Origin: Squalus acanthias
Lineage: Eukaryota
Length of the DNA stretch: 64,000 nt
Assembly (NCBI GenBank): GCA_030390025.1
Contig: CM059438.1
Coordinates: 56,174,001 to 56,238,000, forward strand
Direction of reading: 5' to 3'
Of the stretch, positions 60,001 through 64,000 are shown one piece after another. Both the position numbers and the translations under genes were made by a program. The number at the start of each line of letters is the position of its first letter. Within the stretch, counting starts at the first letter, position 1. The notes below the pieces were generated by a model. It was not told the origin of the DNA and did no database searches. It saw nothing but the letters and a program-made list of their open reading frames with translations.

Positions 60001-63000
60001 AGAATGATACTGACTCTGTGAGCATTATACTGCCTCTGTGAGCATTATACTGACTCTGTGAGCATTAACTGACTCTGTGAGAATGATACTGACTCTGTGA
60101 GCATTATACTGACTCTGTGAGCATTATACTGACTCTGTGAGCATCAACTGACCCTGTGAGCATTATACTGACTCTGTGAGCATTAACTGACTCTGTGAGA
60201 ATGATACTGACACTGTGAGCATTATACTGACACTGTGAGCAATATACTGACACTGTGAGAATGATACTGACTCTGTGAGCATTATACCGACTCTGTGAGC
60301 ATTATACTGACACTGTGAGCATTATACTGACACTGTGAGCATTATACTGACTCTGTGAGAATGATACTGACAGTGTGAGCATTATACTGACTCTGTGAAC
60401 ATTATACTGACTCTGTGAGAATGATACTGACTCTGTGAGCATTATACTGACTCTGTGAGAATGATACTGACTCTGTGAGAATGATACTGACTCTGTGAGA
60501 ATGATACTGACACTATGAGAATGATACTGACACTGTGATCATAATACTGACTCTGTGAGAATCATACTGACACTGTGAGAATGATACTGACTCTGTGAGT
60601 ATTATACTGCCACTGTGAGCATTATACTGACACTGTGAGCATTATACTGACACTGTGAGAATGATACTGACACTGTGAGAATTATACTGACACTTTGAGA
60701 ATGATACTGACTCTGTGAGCATTCTACTGACTCTGTGAGTATTATACTGACACTTTGAGTATGATCCTGACTCTGTGAGCATTATACTGACACTGTGAGA
60801 ATTATACTGACACTGTGAGCATTATACTGACACTGTGAGAACGATACTGACACTGTGAGAATTATACTGACACTGTGAGAATGATACTGACACTGTGAGC
60901 ATTATACTGACACTGTGAGAATGATACTGACTCTGTGAGCATTCTACTGACTCTGTGAGTATTATACTGACACTGTGAGAATGAAACTGACTCTGTGAGC
61001 ATTATACTGACTCTGTGAGAATGATACTGATTCTGTGAGCATTATACTGACTCTGGGAGCATTATACTGACTCTGTGAGCATTATACTGACTCTGTGAGC
61101 ATTATACTGACACTGTGAGCATTATACTGACACTGTGAGAATTATACAGACTCTGTGAGAATGATACTGACTCTGTGAGCATTATACTGACCCTGTGAGA
61201 ATGATACTGACTCTGTGAGCATTATACTGACTGTGAGCATTATACTGACACTGTGAGCATTATACTGACACTGTGAGAATTATACTGACACTGTGAGAAT
61301 GATACTGACACTGTGAGCATTATACTGACACTGTGAGAATGATACTGACTCTGTGAGCATTATACTGACTGTGAGCATTATACGGACACTGTGAGCATTA
61401 TACTGACACTGTGAGCATTATACAGACTCTGTGAGAATGATACTGACTCTGTGAGCATTATACTGAACCTGTGAGAATGATACTGACTCTGTGAGCATTA
61501 TACTGACTGTGACCATTATACGGACACTGTGAGGATTATACTGGCACTGTGAGCATTATACAGACTCTGTGAGAATGATACTGACTCTGTGAGCATTATA
61601 CTGACCCTGTGAGAATGATACTGACTCTGTGAGCATTATACTGACTGTGAGCATTATACGGACACTGTGAGCATTATACTGACACTGTGAGCATTATACA
61701 GATTCTGTGAGAATGATACTGACTCTGTGAGCAATATACTGACACTGTGAGAATGATACTGACTCTGTGAGCATTATACTGACACTGTGAGCATTATACT
61801 GACATTGTGAGCAATATACTGACACTGTGAGAATGATACTGACACTGTGAGAATGATACTGACTCTGTGAGCATTAACTGACTCTGTGAGAATGATACTG
61901 GCACTGATCATAATACTGATTCTGTGAGCATTATACTGACTCTGTGAGCATTATACTGACACTGTGAGCATTATACTGACTCTGTGAGTATGATCCTGAC
62001 TCTGTGAGCATTATACTGACTCTGTGAGCATTATACTGACTCTGTGAGCATTATACTGACTCTGTAAGCATTATACTGACACTGTGAGCATTATACTGAC
62101 ACTGTGAAAATTATACTGACACTGTGAGCATTATACTGACTCTGTGAACATTATACTGACTCTGTGAGCATTATACTGACAGTGTGAGCATTATACTGAC
62201 TCTGTGAGTATGATCCTGACTCTGTGAGCATTATACTGACACTGTGAAAATGATACTGACACTGTGAGAATTATACTGACACTGTGAGAATGATACTGAC
62301 ACTGTGAGCATTATACTGACACTGTGAGAATGATACTGACTCTGTGAGCATTCTACTGACTCTGTGAGTATTATACTGACTCTGTGAGAATGATACTGAT
62401 TCTGTGAGCATTATACTGAGCCTGTGAGCATTTTACCGACACTGTGAGCATTATACTGATTCTGTGAGCATTATACTGCCACTGTGAGCATTATACTGAC
62501 TCTGTGAGCATTATACTGACACTGTGCGTATTATACTGACACTGTGAGAATGATACTGACTCTGTGAGCATCAACTGACCCTGTGAGCATTATACTGACT
62601 CTGTGAGCATTAACTGACTCTGTGAGAATGATACTGACACTTTGTGCATTATACTGACAATGTGAGCATTATACTGACATTGTGAGCATTATACTGACAT
62701 TGTGAGAATGATACATACACTGTGAGCATTTTGCTGACACTGTGAGAATGATACTGACTCTGTGAGCATTATACTGACATTGTGAGCATTATACTGACTC
62801 TGTGAGCATCAACTGACTCTGTGAGCATTATACTGACATTGTGAGCATTATACTGACATTGTGAGCATTATACTGACACTGTGAGAATGATACTGACACT
62901 GTGAGAATGATACTGACACTGTGAGCATTATACTAACACTGTGAGAATGATACTGACTCTGTGAGCATTATACTGACTCTGTGAGCATTAACTGACTCTG

Positions 63001-64000
63001 TGAGAATGATACTGACTCTGTGAGCATTATACTGACATTGTGAGCATTATACTGACTCTGTGAGCATCAACTGACTCTGTGAGCATTATACTGAAATTGT
63101 GAGCATTATACTGACATTGTGAGCATTATACTGACACTGTGAGAATGATACTGACACTGTGAGAATGATACTGACACTGTGAGCATTTTCTGACACTGTG
63201 AGAATGATACTGACTCTGTGAGCATTAAATGACTCTGTGAGAATGATACTGACTCTGTGAGCATCAACTGACCCTGTGAGCATTATACTGACTCTGTGAG
63301 CATTATACTGACTCTGTGAGCATTAACTGACTCTGTGAGAATGATACTGACACTGTGAGCAATATACTGACACTGTGAGAATGATACTGACTCTGTGAGC
63401 ATTATACTGACACTGTGAGCATTATACTGACATTGTGAGCAATATACTGACACTGTGAGAATGATACTGACACTGTGAGAATGATACTGACTCTGTGAGC
63501 ATTAACTGACTCTGTGAGAATGATACTGGCACTGATCATAATACTGATTCTGTGAGCATTATACTGACTCTGTGAGCATTATACTGACACTGTGAGAATG
63601 ATACTGACACTGTGAGAATTATACTGACTCTGTGAGTATTATACTGACACTTTGAGTATGATCCTGACTCTGTGAGCATTATACTGACACTGTGAGAATT
63701 GTACTGACACTGTGAGCATTATACTGACACTGTGAGAACGATACTGACACTGTGAGAATTATACTGACACTGTGAGAATGATACTGACACTGTGAGCATT
63801 ATACTGACACTGTGAGAATGATACTGACTCTGTGAGCATTCTACTGACTCTGTGAGTATTATACTGACACTGTGAGAATGATACTGACTCTGTGAGCATT
63901 ATACTGACTCTGTGAGAATGATACTGATTCTGTGAGCATTATACTGACTCTGGGAGCATTATACTGACTCTGTGAGCATTATACTGACTCTGTGAGCATT
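51061..64000. repeat. 20-bp satellite CTGTGAG(CATT/AATG)ATACTGAC(T/A) with kb-scale duplicated blocks; runs off the window end
   Basis: 20-bp period with 18-19-bp deletion variants; identical rare strings recur at offset 4624 (56881/61505; ORF track 58462/63086). Confidence 0.97.

Overview
Repeat-dominated vertebrate window. It is very likely chondrichthyan (shark/ray), inferred from the HE1-like SINE, HER1/CR1-like LINEs and Penelope-type palindromes. No host gene was recognised. Layout: a 19-kb 51-bp satellite with ~3-kb higher-order blocks (1-19 kb); a dense nest of CR1, RTE, L2-like and Penelope fragments, 3-bp-TSD TIR elements and minisatellites (19-50 kb); a GGA tract, a 200-N gap and a 13-kb 20-bp satellite (51-64 kb). 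The key feature is a complete two-LTR foamy-virus-like (spumaretroviral) endogenous provirus at 29310-38147. It has TG...CA LTRs of ~1 kb, a 4-bp GGGG TSD, a degenerate tRNA-Lys1,2-like PBS and a PPT. Its Gag is foamy-type (no Cys-His box, YxxLGL-like motif) and is split by a TIR element. Its PR-RT-RH-IN is decayed but carries foamy signature motifs. Its env is reduced to one open 198-aa ORF with a furin site, and there is no room for tas/bel2. A second theme is that several tandem arrays here appear to have arisen from pieces of LINE sequence. Prototype foamy virus (PFV) motifs quoted for comparison are recalled from memory, not from a database search.
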